DNA from: Prasinococcaceae sp. CCMP 1430
Taxonomy: Eukaryota; Plantae; Prasinodermophyta
DNA length: 53,738 nt
Direction of reading: 5' to 3'
Assembly: GCA_013416795.1 (NCBI GenBank)
Contig: RQSC01000004.1
Span: 433,918-487,655 of the forward strand
Position numbers and translations under genes: made by a program
Notes under the pieces: generated by a model
The model's input: only the letters and a program-made list of their open reading frames with translations
What the model was told of the DNA's origin: nothing
Databases searched by the model: none
In this document: positions 1 through 11,028 of the stretch, one piece after another
How positions within the stretch are numbered: position 1 is the stretch's first letter
Layout: every line of letters begins with the position of its first letter

Positions 1-60
1 GTGGGCGCGTACTTGACGAAGGCGTCGCTCAGCTGGCGGATGCGCTTGACGTCGGGGCGC
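1..60 (-). CDS. Possible exon of an unidentified gene running off the left edge
   Basis: Minus strand reads RPDVKRIRQLSDAFVKYAP with almost all-GC third positions. No start codon or splice acceptor is identifiable and the family is not recognised. Confidence 0.3.
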
Positions 61-644
61 CGCCCGCCGCCCGGCCGCGCGCGTCGGCGCGGATAAAACC
101 GCCCCAGAAACGCGCCCAAAAATCAAAATCAAAAACTGCGGGAGCGCAAAGCGGGGCCCGGCACCAACCGGCCGGGGAAAGCCCCGGCGCGGATCCTGTC
201 GGGCGCCCGTCGGCGCCTGGCGCCGGCGTGTTCACCCCCCTCCTGCTGATGACTGGACTCTAGAGTCTACTGACCCACTCGATCGAGCAAGCCTGCCATC
301 CCCTGCGTGCCGCCCCATCCCCATCCGCCATCCATCATCCGGCCGGCCAGGCTGGCGCCGCCGCGCATACCCCTCCGTCCGCGGCCTCTCTCTCTCTGCC
401 TGCCCGCGCGCCTGCTCCCGCCGGCCGTCTGCCGATTTTCGTTTCATTTTTTCCACTTTTTTTTTTCTTGTTCCCTCTCCATTTCGGTTGTTCTTTTGCG
501 GGGCGCTCTCTTTGCGTTTGGCCTTCTTCGCCTTTGCGTTTCGCTATCTATCGCGTTTGCGTGTGCGTTTGCGCCTGCGCCGGGGCGCGCAGCAGAGGCG
601 ACGGACGGGGAACTCTGCGGTTGCGCGATTCGCGCGGGGTGCGG

Positions 645-775
645 GCTCGGCGGCGGGCTCGGTGGCGGCCTGGGCGGGAGAGGCGGAGGCGGGCTCGGTG
701 GCGGACTCGGCGGGGAGCTTGGAGGAGGAGATGGCGGCGGGCTCGGAGGAGGAGATGGCGGCGGGCTCGGCGGAG
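645..775. repeat. GC-rich short tandem repeats, including an exact 24-nt duplication (ggaggaggagatggcggcgggctc x2, 721-768)
   Basis: Seen directly. One minus frame reads SAEPAAISSSEPAAISSSKLPAESATEPA with coding-like codon usage and another reads (SPPP)n. The tract ends at the single N at 776. Confidence 0.7.
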
Positions 776-1016
776 NGGGGGGGGGGGGGGCGCTCTGGGC
801 CGTGCCGTGCTGCGGCGGCGCCACTCGGCGCCAGCCGCCTCCCACCGCCGCGGACCGCGAGGCGCGAGAGCGCCCGGGCGGGCGGCGGCGGCGGCGGCGC
901 GGGCGCGCGGGCGCGGGCGCCTTCCGCTTCAGGAGGAGGGGGAGCGCTCGAAGGGGAGGGCGGAGGGAATTGGAGGGGGAGAGGGGGCGCGCCGCGGCGG
1001 CGGCGAGGCACCGAAG

Positions 1017-4000
1017 ATGGTGTCCGAAGCGACGACCGTCTCGGCGGCGTCGAACGCGAGCGTGCACGCGAAGGCTGCTGCGACGGGCGCGCGCGGCGGC
1101 GGCTCGCCGGGCGTGTCGGCGGCCGCGGCGTTCCGTGCGCCGATGCGGCAGTGCGCGATGGTGGCGTCGGGCGTGCAGACGTGGATGCGCGGGGCGATAG
1201 CGCCCTCGCGCTGCGGCGAGGGGCGTTTCGCCGCTTGCTCGACAATCGCGGTGTACGTGCGCTCCGCCACCACATATGAGGTCGAGAAGGTCATCTCGGG
1301 CTTCGCCAGGTCCGTCACCGCCGCCGAGTGGTCGCCGCTCGAGCGAAACGTGCTCGCCACCGTCGACGCGGGGCGCGTCGTGCGCGTGTGGGACGTGGAG
1401 CGCGAGACGGAGCTGGCGCGCAAGGAGGTCAAGGACATTGTGCCCGCCTCCGTGTGCTGGTCCACCGCCCAGCCCGGCGTGCTGTACCTGGCCATGGGGC
1501 CCCACCTGCAGTACTGGAACCTCGCCACGCGGAAGACTGTCTTGCGGCGCGGCCTCGACGCCGACCTGCCAATCACGTGCGTGGCCATGAGCGAGTACAA
1601 CAAAACACACCTAGCGTTCGGCGTGAAGGGCTACGTGTGCGTGCTTGAAGTCGCCACCGACACCATGACCAAGCTGGAGCTGGCGCCCACGCGTGAGGAG
1701 CGCGAAGGATACGTGCCGCACGCCATCGCATGGGACCCGCTCGGTGCATCGTACGCGCTCGTCGCGACGCGCAAAGGCCACGTCGGCCTGTACGACCTAA
1801 TCACGAAGATGCCACTCATGGCGTTCGCCAAGCAGGCCGCCGGTCTCAGGGGCCTCGCGTGGGCCACCGGCATGCCGGGCACCTTCGTGACCTTCTCCGA
1901 CCGCGCGGGCGTGGTGCGCGTGTGGAACGCCTCCCAGGCGCAGCCGCAAGCAAGCGTGCGCGTCGGCGACGGCGGTGTGTCGCAGCTGACCTTCCTCCCG
2001 GCCAGCAGCAGCCGAGCCGACGCTCCGTCTGGCCCAGATCCCGGCGTCATGCTGTGTGGCATGGCCGATGGCTCGGCGCTCGCGTGGTCTCTCACGCAGA
2101 GCCGCGCGACGTGGCGCGTGAGCAGCGGGCATACAGAGACCGTGTTCGGCTGCGCCCTCTGTCCCACGGACGCGGATGTGTTGGCCACGTGCTCATACGA
2201 CGGCACAGTGCGCCTGTGGGATGCGCTCTCGGGCGAGTGCGCGGCCGCCGTGCAGGTGGCGCCCACCACCTCGTCTGACATGGTGCTGTATGACCTCGCG
2301 TGGAGCCCGGACGGCTCGCGCATCGTGTGCTCGAGCAACTCGGGCAAGGTGGCGGTCATCGACGTGGTCGAGGCGCAAGTGGTTCGCAATGAGGAGGTAT
2401 CTACGCAGGCACTTTTTGGCATCAGCTGGTGCACGGCCGCGCCATACATCGCCACCGGCTCCGCGGATGAGACTGTGTACGTGTTGCGAGCGAGCAACCT
2501 TTCCACGGTGTACCGCCTCAAGCACCCGTCAGGAACGTGTGGCGTGCACTGGTCACCGCTGCAACCAATGTTGTTGGCGGTGGCGTGCGCCGACGCCAAT
2601 GCCTACGTTTGGGACATCCCTCAGCCCGAGGACAGTGCGCCGACGTCGGCTGCCGCGCCCGCGCCTTCTCCGCCCAAACGCCTGCGTGGGCACACCGCCC
2701 GCGTCTACGGCGTGAGCTGGTCGCCGCTCGTGCCGGGCCTGTTGCTCACCTCCAGCGACGACAAGACCATTCGCTGCCACCGCGCGGACGCCGACCCCGA
2801 GCCGGGCTCGAGCTCGCTCTATACCTCGGTCGTCATGGAGGGTCACACGCTCAACGCGCGCGCACTGCAGTGGCACGCGGAAATACCCTACATCGCCTTC
2901 AGTGGCGCGTGGGATTCTACAGTGCGCGCATGGGACGTACGCACGGGTGGCTGCCTGCAGGTGGCGAGTGACCACCACGGCGACGTTTACTCGATAGTGT
3001 GTGGGCCCACGCGGCCGATGTACCTGTACACGTGCAGCCGCGACTCGACCGTGCGCACGTGGGACATGCGATCGGCCCTCAGGCCGCTCACTCTGAGGCT
3101 GACGCTTGGCAGCAGCACGGGAGAGCTTACTGAGAGTGTGGTTGGGAAGGCTAGCGAGGTCATGGCGAGCCCCGACGCACCGCCGCGTCTTTGCGGCCAG
3201 GCGAGCGCCGAGCTGGTGGAGCGAGTGCAGCGTATGCGTGCGGGGGGTGACCGGCTGGGCGCGCACGAGGCCGTGCAGTGCTTCGTGGGCTGTGCATACG
3301 GCCAGCGCGAGCTGTGGGCAATGGCGCGCAAAACGATAGGGGCGGCGGCATTCGAGCAGGGCGCAGACGACGGCGACGACTTGGTGCATATGCGCGACGC
3401 GGTCGACAGCGCGCGTGGACAGGCGGAGGTGCGTTTCCCGTGGCGGATGCGCGAGCGAACAGGAGCTGGCGCAGGGGGAATGCGGAAGGCGGAGCGCGGA
3501 GATGGGGGCGCTGCCGCCGCTTGTGCGCCATTGTGAGCTTTTGTGCCGTCACTGACCGTCTCGAGCCCGCCGCGCGAAGGCGCTCGAGGAAGCGCGCTCC
3601 CATCGCGTGATGGGAGTCGGCGCGGGTCGCAAGGACGAAAAACTGCGGGAGGCTGCCGAGGGATAACTCAAGATTGGTGACTTCGAACACTACTGCAACA
3701 TAATGGCCGAGGTCGGCGAATGGGAGAAGGCCCTCATGGCAGCACCAGCTGTGGGTCACGACTTCTGGAGTGAGCTCATGCGCCGCTACGTGCGCTCGAG
3801 AGCGGAGATGAGTGGCATCGACCGTGTGGCAACTTCCGAGCTGGCGCCATCCATGCTGGCTCTGGGAGACGTCGACATGCTCCTTGAGCGCATGGAGGGC
3901 GACGGCCGCCTAGAGGACGCCTTCTTGGTGGCGTGCGCGAGCAGCGCAGGAGCGTTCGGTGGAGTCGCAAAGGCCGGTGGAGCGCCAGGTGCGAGCGGGC

Positions 4001-5535
4001 AGCTGCGTGCGAATGCAGGCCCTCGCACAGGGTGGGAGGCGGGAGTGGGCGCGGGCAAGGATGCGCCCGCGCAGGGTGCGTCGCCGTTGCACGGTCAGTC
4101 CCTGTCGCGTCTGCCCTCGCTCGGCGCGTTGCCGCCGCTCGAAGTGCCACGGGCGTCGACGATCGACAGACACACTCTACCGCCGATCGGCGCGCTGTCA
4201 CTTGGCTCAAACGGAAGCGCTCGCAGCTCAAACGGCGCCGGCGGCGCCGAAAGTGTGCGCGACAGCAGGAGCAGCGCCGGCAGCAGTCGATTTGCGCCCA
4301 TCCCCGAGCGGCTCGAGCGCCTGCGCGCGGTGGCTCGACGCATCGCAGACGAAAAGGCCGCGAAGGGGCTGTGCGTTGTTGGCGCGGCGCACTCGCTGTC
4401 GGTGGATGACGTCGACAGTGCCGTCGATTGCCTACTTCGCGGCGACGAGCTTGAAGTTGCATGGGCCCTGTGCGACGCGCTCGGCGCGCGCGCGGGGCTG
4501 CGCGTCCGACGCCGAGCGGCGATTCTCCTTGCACACGCGTGCGTCGAGTTCGGCGCACACGCTGAGGCTCTGCGCGCACTCGCCATCGGCGAAGCGAATC
4601 TCCCTTTGGAGGCAGCCGAGACGGACAGCGTCGGCGGTGAACAGGCATGGGGGACCGGGCCAACCTCCTACAGGGCGATGATCTGCGCCGCGCTGCGCCC
4701 GCCCGCTGGCGAGGAGGCCGAGGCCGCTGCGGACGCGCTGTACGCGGCCGCGGGGATTGAATCTCCTAGGCGGCAGCTGCAGGCCTCGGAGGCTACGACC
4801 GGCATCGAGCGCGCGGCGCGCCTGCTCTTGTCTCGCACGCAGTCCTCACGTGCCGCTGAGATCGCCGTCGCCGCTGCCCAGGCGCTGGTGGACGTCGCAG
4901 CATGGGATCCGCGCTCGGACGCCGCGAGCGCAATCGTGCGCGTGCTGCGCCCCTTGCGCCTCGCCGACGTCACCGTGGGTGTGCGTGACGCTGTGCTGTG
5001 CCTTTCGAGCTACCTGGGCGCGTTCGATGCGGCGCTGTGTGACTATACACCCGTCGTTGGGCCCATGCTTACAAACGCCGTGAACCTCGCCATGGCGGCC
5101 ACGATCGACCTGCCGTTGGTGAGAGAAAGTGCGACCCCATCGGCCTCGAGCCCTGCGGCCGAGCTGCGCAAGCTGGCTGCTATACTTCCGATCACCGAGG
5201 CGGAGCAGCTGCTGGCGGACCTCGAGGAGCGCACGCGTCTGCCCGAGGTGCTGCGCGCTGCGGCTGGCGCAGTGCGCAAGGAGGTTGCCAATGCCGAGGC
5301 GAATGATCCCGCGGCCTCAGCCGGCCAGTCGAGCGTGGTTGTGCCACTGGGCATGGGCGTGCCCTCGCGCGCGCGCACTAGCAAGCGCAGTGCTCTGTCG
5401 GGCGTACCGGTGTGCGGCCCCGCGGTTTGCCTCGCCGATGGCTCGACGCTGGTCACGCGCGCCGAGGCGACCATGTGGTCGCGCTGCAATCCCTTCTCCA
5501 TGCTCAACTCGGGCGAGAAGATGTATCCTCACTGA
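1017..5535 (+). CDS. WDR17: WD repeat protein 17 homologue (cilia-associated). Exons 1017(or 1143)-3428 and 3580-5535, with an in-frame TAA at 3664-3666
   Basis: Collinear match to WDR17 as I recall it: MRQCAMVASGVQTW, AWDPLGASYALV, GHTETVFGC, GHTARVYGVSWSP, AEIPYIAFSGAWD, DHHGDVY, CSRDSTVRTW, KDEKLREAAE, GEWEKALMAAP and C-terminal MWSRCNPFS. Phase-0 intron 3429-3579 (GAG|GTGCGT, branch CTGAC at 3552, GAAG|) joins the two ORFs in frame. Confidence 0.88.
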
Positions 5536-5543
5536 AGGGGCAA

Positions 5544-5588
5544 TGTAAGAGCATCTGCGGGTGGGGGAAGGCTACCGCGGGCTTTACA
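5544..5588. promoter_or_regulatory. Convergent UGUAA polyadenylation signals (TGTAA 5544-5548 on + for WDR17; TTACA 5584-5588 = TGTAA on - for UFM1)
   Basis: UGUAA is the established green-algal poly(A) signal. Both copies lie downstream of the respective stops. Another TGTAA at 10750-10754 follows psaD. Confidence 0.5.
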
Positions 5589-5757
5589 GCGTACCTGTTC
5601 TACGAATCAACGCCCTCGCTCAGGCGCGCGCCTCGCGTGCCTACGGAGCGTCCTGTGCTACGACGTCTGGGAGAGCGAGTGGCGCAGCGCTCGCTCGCGC
5701 GCCCCAGCACAAAGCACAGCATCGCTCTGAGCGCCCGCTCCCCGCCGCGCGTTGCTC

Positions 5758-6268
5758 TCAGCACCCACCGACACGGTCTCTAGGGATAAGCCTGAGCTCA
5801 CTGCCGTGTTTCAGGAAGACGTTGCCGGCGCTCTGCTGTGGGTTAATACCGACGCCGTCTTCAGCACGGCCAGCGACCGCACGCGCGGCGCAAGGTGTCA
5901 GCGAGGGTGCCCAGAGGGTGCCAACCAGATCCCAGCGCTGCGACAGGCGCGGAAGCGGCGCCGGCGCACCATTGGTGATGATCGCGCTCGTCGCCGGGGG
6001 CACCTTGAACTCCTCCGCAGCATACTTGAGCACCGCCGTGAACGGCGCCTCCTCGGGCACGCTAAAGCTGTTGGGTCGCGCGGCACAGGCGAGCGCAGCC
6101 GTCGCGAGGGCGCAGCGCGCCCAAAGCATCAGCAGGACGCTCACCCGCGAAGCTCGCGCACGCACGCACGCGCGCGCGCGTGGGCGCAGGCGAGCGCGCT
6201 TGGACGCACACTTTGAACGGCAACTTGGGGTCGGACGTCAGCGTCACCTTGAAGGTCACCTTGGACAT
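5758..6268 (-). CDS. UFM1: Ubiquitin-fold modifier 1, 85 aa. Exons 6268-6210, 6067-5970, 5858-5758
   Basis: Spliced product [20 protein letters not shown]|[32 protein letters not shown]|[33 protein letters not shown]. Both introns are GT-AG and restore the frame (59+98+101=258 nt). The conserved VG processing site is present. Confidence 0.97.
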
Positions 6269-6388
6269 CGCGTCCTCCGGGTAGTGCAGGCCACCCGCGG
6301 GCGCCCCGCGGGGGTGTTGGTGGGCGCGCGCCGCCGCCGCGCACGCGCTCTGGCACCCGCCCGCCGCCGTCGCCATTGGGACTGCCCG

Positions 6389-6712
6389 CCCTAAACCCGG
6401 TCTGATCGCCGCGAGACCGGAGATTCGACCTCAAAAATGACCGGGTCATTAAGCAACCCTAGCGAGCAGACCGGCTTTGGAGCGGAGTGCCTCTTCGCAC
6501 GTGGACCACACGGCAGCGCAGAGAGCGTCCCTCTCAGGCGAGCTCTGCTCCATCACCCACCCAGCCAGCCGCCGCCGGCAGCGGCGCGCCGTGTGGGCGC
6601 ACGCCGCGCCGCTCCCGCCAAAAACGCGCTATATGGGAACCCTAATCTCCGCTGCCCGCACACTGTACCGTAATTCGCGCAATTCGCGGGGGGGGGATGC
6701 AGCCCTAACCCC
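6389..6712. promoter_or_regulatory. Cluster of telomere-like motifs (CCCTAAA, AACCCTA) in the divergent UFM1/TOM22 promoter region
   Basis: ccctaaaccc 6389-6398, aaccctag 6455-6462, aaccctaa 6638-6645, ccctaacccc 6703-6712. These resemble plant telo-boxes (AAACCCTA). Confidence 0.45.
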
Positions 6713-6786
6713 AACCTCCGCGATCGGCCGCGCGCGCCTCCGCCTCCTCCTCCCCCTGCGGCGGCCGCGCGGCGGCGCTGCGCGGG

Positions 6787-6823
6787 CGTGTGCGCGTGTG
6801 CGCGCGTGTGCGTGGAGGTGTGC

Positions 6824-6890
<67 letters not shown>

Positions 6891-6972
6891 TGTGTGTGTG
6901 TGTGTGCGTGCGTGTGTGTTTGTGTGTGCGTGTGTGTGTGTGTGTGTGTGCGTGTGTGCGTGCGTGTGCGTG
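6787..6972. repeat. (TG)n/(TGCG)n microsatellite, about 185 bp
   Basis: Long near-pure alternating GT run, seen directly upstream of the TOM22 start. Confidence 0.95.
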
Positions 6973-7101
6973 CGATCCACCGAATGTATACGCGCGCGTG
7001 CGCGCTCTCGCGCCACACGCGCTGCGCCGCGCGCGCCCCGGCTGCACCGCGGCACCGCCCTCCCCCCCTCCCCCTTCCCCGCGGCGAGGCGAGGCGAGGC
7101 G

Positions 7102-7519
7102 ATGGCTGCGGAGTGGCTGGTGGGCGAGGCGCGCGGCGCGTCGCTCGACGCCGCGGCGCGCGCTTTCGGAAAGGCGTACGCCGGCACCGCCAAGGCGATG
7201 TGGAAGACGGCGACGTTCTTCTTCGTGCTCGTGCTGCCGCTCGTCGTGCAGGTGCGCGCGCGTGCGCGCACGTGCGCGCCGAGCCTCCTCGCGGCGCGCC
7301 CACGCCCACGCCCACGCCCACGCCCACGCCCACGCACACGCACTCGCTCACAAGCACACTGACTCACGCGCGCGCACGGCACGCACGCGCGCTCGCGCGC
7401 GCGCTCGTGCAGGTGGAGATCGAGAACCAGCAGAAGGGCGCCGAGGAGATCTCGCAGTCGGCGCTCACCGGGGGCGCCGGCGCGCCCGCCGGCGGCGCGC
7501 AGGGAGCTACAATCCCTGC
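7102..7519 (+). CDS. TOM22: Mitochondrial outer membrane import receptor, plant-type TOM22/TOM9. Exons 7102-7251 and 7413-gap; 3' end lost in the N gap
   Basis: AKAMWKTATFFFVLVLPLVVQ|VEIENQ resembles the plant TOM9 transmembrane motif (KAAWIAGTTFLILVVPLIIEMDRE). Small size, no acidic N-terminal domain, phase-0 GT-AG intron 7252-7412. Confidence 0.65.
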
Positions 7520-8223
7520 NNNNNNNNNNNNNNNNNNNNNNNNNNNNNNNNNNNNNNNNNNNNNNNNNNNNNNNNNNNNNNNNNNNNNNNNNNNNNNNNN
7601 NNNNNNNNNNNNNNNNNNNNNNNNNNNNNNNNNNNNNNNNNNNNNNNNNNNNNNNNNNNNNNNNNNNNNNNNNNNNNNNNNNNNNNNNNNNNNNNNNNNN
7701 NNNNNNNNNNNNNNNNNNNNNNNNNNNNNNNNNNNNNNNNNNNNNNNNNNNNNNNNNNNNNNNNNNNNNNNNNNNNNNNNNNNNNNNNNNNNNNNNNNNN
7801 NNNNNNNNNNNNNNNNNNNNNNNNNNNNNNNNNNNNNNNNNNNNNNNNNNNNNNNNNNNNNNNNNNNNNNNNNNNNNNNNNNNNNNNNNNNNNNNNNNNN
7901 NNNNNNNNNNNNNNNNNNNNNNNNNNNNNNNNNNNNNNNNNNNNNNNNNNNNNNNNNNNNNNNNNNNNNNNNNNNNNNNNNNNNNNNNNNNNNNNNNNNN
8001 NNNNNNNNNNNNNNNNNNNNNNNNNNNNNNNNNNNNNNNNNNNNNNNNNNNNNNNNNNNNNNNNNNNNNNNNNNNNNNNNNNNNNNNNNNNNNNNNNNNN
8101 NNNNNNNNNNNNNNNNNNNNNNNNNNNNNNNNNNNNNNNNNNNNNNNNNNNNNNNNNNNNNNNNNNNNNNNNNNNNNNNNNNNNNNNNNNNNNNNNNNNN
8201 NNNNNNNNNNNNNNNNNNNNNNN
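7520..8223. other. Assembly gap (704 N)
   Basis: Seen directly. ORFs spanning it are meaningless. Confidence 1.
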
Positions 8224-8927
8224 CGCGCCCTGCCGCCGCGCCCATGACGGTCAGTGCGCCCACGCCGGGCGCAGCACGTGGGCCGCTTTCGAGCGTTGCG
8301 CGTGTGCGAGTGAGCACGGCATCCGAGGCGGCGGCCCCGGCGCGCGCGGCCGCGGACCAGACCGTCGAGCTCGCGCACTGCCTCCTGTGCGAGGCTGGCG
8401 GCCGGTGCGGCTGCCTGCTCAAGACGGTCTTTGCGAGAGGTGCGCCGAGCGCCGAGTGCCGCGCCATGCGCGGCGCAGAAAACGCTGGGCGGGGCCATGC
8501 GAACAGAGCGGCGCCAGCCCACCCGCGAGCGCGCGGGCACCGCAGCCCGCGCCCTCCGCCTGCACGTGGTCTGTCCGCCCGCCCGCCGCCCGCGCCGGTT
8601 TCGTCGCGGCGCGGGGGAACCGCGCGCGCGAGTCCTCCGTCCAGTACGCACGCCCCGCCGGTGGAGTTAAGGTTTGTGCTTTAATTGGGGTAAACATTTC
8701 AGGGTTCCTATCCGTGGCGTGCTAGTGCTATGCCCCCCGTCTCGCCATGAAGGACGCCGCGCGCGCGCAAGAGGCAACGAGGAGTGACGTACCGAGGTCA
8801 AAATGCATCGCAATTTTCAAATGCAAATTGATCTCCGGCGGCGTGACAGCTGCACTCATCAGGCGCAGCGCGCGGTCATCAACACCATCACCGTGAGGGC
8901 GATTCCGCGGCGTGGGCGGCCACCCTT

Positions 8928-9165
8928 TTTCGACGGAACGAAATTTCTACAACTGAATTAAATATAAATGTGAATCTTTACGTATGTGGCTCGAAATGTG
9001 CGTGAAAACGTAGGCGTGAAATTATATATCGCGCGCGCGCACCAGCCGGGCGCAGCGTTTCGACGGAACGAAATTTCTACAAGTTCATTATATGTGAATG
9101 TGAATCTTTACGTATGTTGCTCGAAATGCACATGAAAACGTATTCGAAAAACTATATATCGCGCG
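8928..9165. repeat. AT-rich direct duplication, period 130 bp
   Basis: 8931-9030 vs 9061-9160 align without gaps at 85/100 identity by my count. Both begin cgacggaacgaaatttctacaa and end tatatatcgcgcg. Confidence 0.9.
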
Positions 9166-9507
9166 GCGCGCGGCAGCCCCTCGGCGGGCGCGCGCGCGCG
9201 CGCGAGGCGGCCCCGGCGGACCCAACCCTAACCCCCGCGTCGGCGCGAGGAAGCCGCTTGACGTACTTATTAAACCCTGATGCGTGTCTTACCCTTACTG
9301 CGGCCGCTCGCAGCCTCATCCGCCCGCGCGAAATCCGCGCGCGCGGATGATGATGGCGGATCCTCGGAATATGAGGGGTCCGAACCCCAAATGCGCGCGC
9401 GCCGCGCGCGCGTATGAAAACGCTCCCGGCCGCCCGCGACGACCGGACCCTGAGTTCGGCGCACCCCAAACGCGCCCGTCGGCGCGCGCGCGCGGCGCGC
9501 GGGGCGC

Positions 9508-10623
9508 ATGGCCGCGCGGCGCCTTCTTCANNNNNNNNNNNNNNNNNCTGCGCGCGCGCCGCGTCGCCGCGCGCGCCGCCGACGCGCCCGCCAAGGAGGG
9601 GGCCAAGAAGAAGGAGAAGGAGGAGAAGCCCGTGTGGACCGAGCCCGTGCTCGACCCCAACACGCCCTCGCCCATCTTCGGCGGCAGCACCGGCGGCCTG
9701 CTGCGCAAGGCGCAGGTGGAGGAGTTCTACGTGAGTGGCGCCGCCGCGAAGCTGCCCCGCCGCGCCGCCTGTTTCGCCCCTCTCGCCGCACTCGCCCCGC
9801 TGCCTGTCCGCCGCCGGCCGCCGGCGCCGGNNNNNNNNNNNNNNNNNGGCCCCGCCGCCCGGCGCCTTTTTTTGTGCGCGAGCGGCGCGGGCGCCGGCGG
9901 CGCCTGCGCCCCTGCGGTGAGAGTGCGGCGCGGGCCATGCGCGCACAGCCGCGCAACATTCATTCGCGCTGACAACGTCATGCCCTCGCGGCCCCTCCTT
10001 CCCCCTCCTCCCTTCCCCTCCCCCTCCGACGCGCGCGCGACGCTCGCCCGCAGGTGATCACGTGGGAGGCCAAGAAGGAGCAGATCTTCGAGATGCCCAC
10101 CGGCGGCTCGGCCATCATGCGCCAGGGCCCCAACCTGCTCAAGCTGGCGCGCAAGGAGCAGTGCATGGCGCTGACCACCCAGCTGCGCACCAAGTTCAGG
10201 GCCTCGCCGGTGTTCTACCGCGTGTTCCCCAACGGCGAGGTCCAGTACCTGCACCCCAAGGACGGCGTGTACCCCGAGAAGGTCAACGCCGGCCGCCAGG
10301 GCGCCAACCAGAACATGCGCCGCATCGGGCAGAACGGGCAGCCGGTGAACGTCAAGTTCACGGGCGTGGGCACCTTCGGCAAGGTGAGACAGACAGTGTG
10401 GGTGGTGGGTGTGGGTGGTGTGTGGGTGTGGGTTTGGGTCGTGGGGGTATGGGGTGGGCGCTCGCGCGTGCGCGATACACGCACGGCGCGCGCGCGCAGA
10501 TGCGCCGCGCGCATGCCGCTCGCACCCTCGGCGTGCCGCGCGTCCCCCAGCGGCGGCGGCCTGCCGCTGCTCCGCGCCCCACTCCCTACCTCCCGACGTG
10601 CCGCGCGTGCAACAGAGTGCTAA
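9508..10623 (+). CDS. psaD: Photosystem I reaction centre subunit II (PsaD) precursor. Exons about 9508-9730 and 10054-10383, then an uncertain terminal micro-exon
   Basis: [22 protein letters not shown]|[37 protein letters not shown]...[24 protein letters not shown]. Transit-peptide-like N-terminus interrupted by 17 N. GT-AG intron 9731-10053; further donor GTGAGA at 10384. Confidence 0.95.
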
Positions 10624-10950
10624 CAGGATCCGCCCTCGCTGCCTACTGCGCACACGCGCGCACGCAATCACGCAATCACGCACGCACCTCGCGCGATCTC
10701 ACGCAGTGGGACGAGTAAAGCGTGACGCCCCTGCGTCGACACGCCTGTTTGTAAAGACCTCTCCATGCTAACAAGGCCGGCGGCGCAGCGCCGCGCCTGG
10801 ACGCACGCCTGGAGGCACGCGTGCGCGTGCGCGTGCGCGCGCGCGCATGGGAAGGCACGCGTCACGAATGCCGGCACTACGAGAGTGTACAGGGCGCCGA
10901 GCGCACGCGTGTGTGCGTGCGCGTGCGTGCGTGCACCCGCGCCTGAACCC

Positions 10951-10990
10951 CATCACCACCACCACCATCACCACCACCACCACCACCACC
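10951..10990. repeat. (CAC)n trinucleotide repeat
   Basis: Seen directly, just upstream of the probable PRP16 start. Confidence 0.85.
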
Positions 10991-11028
10991 CAAAAAGAGT
11001 GTTCATTCATTGCCTGCTGGCCTCTGCG

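Noticed and set aside
444-800. Extensin-like (SPPP)n protein on the minus strand
   Set aside because: No start or signal peptide; an alternative frame has better codon usage, and the tract ends at an N.
3664-3666. TAA/TAG reassigned to Gln as in some ulvophyte algae
   Set aside because: BBS4, SUA5 and DAW1 end in TAA, and HAM1, HSP70B and PIGM end in TAG, at the expected homologous positions. No other in-frame TAR was seen in conserved genes.
5859-5969. In-frame, stop-free introns (UFM1 intron 2, PRP16, 43221 gene) as regulated intron retention
   Set aside because: One in three introns is in frame by chance and stops are rare at this GC content; no further evidence.
8224-8684. Cys-containing open frame after the gap (HCLLCEAGGRCGCLLK)
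   Set aside because: No start, no recognised family and a low-complexity tail; too little support to call a gene.
6477-8725. Long ORFs of 645-735 aa in the ORF track
   Set aside because: They are produced by the stop-free (TG)n tract and the 704-N gap.
8700-8930. Possible Pol III ncRNA ending at the T-run at 8926-8930
   Set aside because: No conserved motifs of tRNA, U6, SRP, RNase P/MRP or 5S RNA could be recognised.
8940-9085. AATTTCTAC in both copies of the AT-rich duplication resembles the 5' part of Cas12a CRISPR repeats
   Set aside because: The complementary GTAGAT stem half is absent, there are only two units, the intervening DNA is homologous rather than unique spacer, there are no cas genes, and the context is eukaryotic.
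10765-11028. Poly-His N-terminal extension of PRP16 from the ATG at 10765
   Set aside because: The region is GC/GT-alternating, UTR-like DNA just after the psaD poly(A) signal; the His run is a (CAC)n microsatellite that happens to be in frame.
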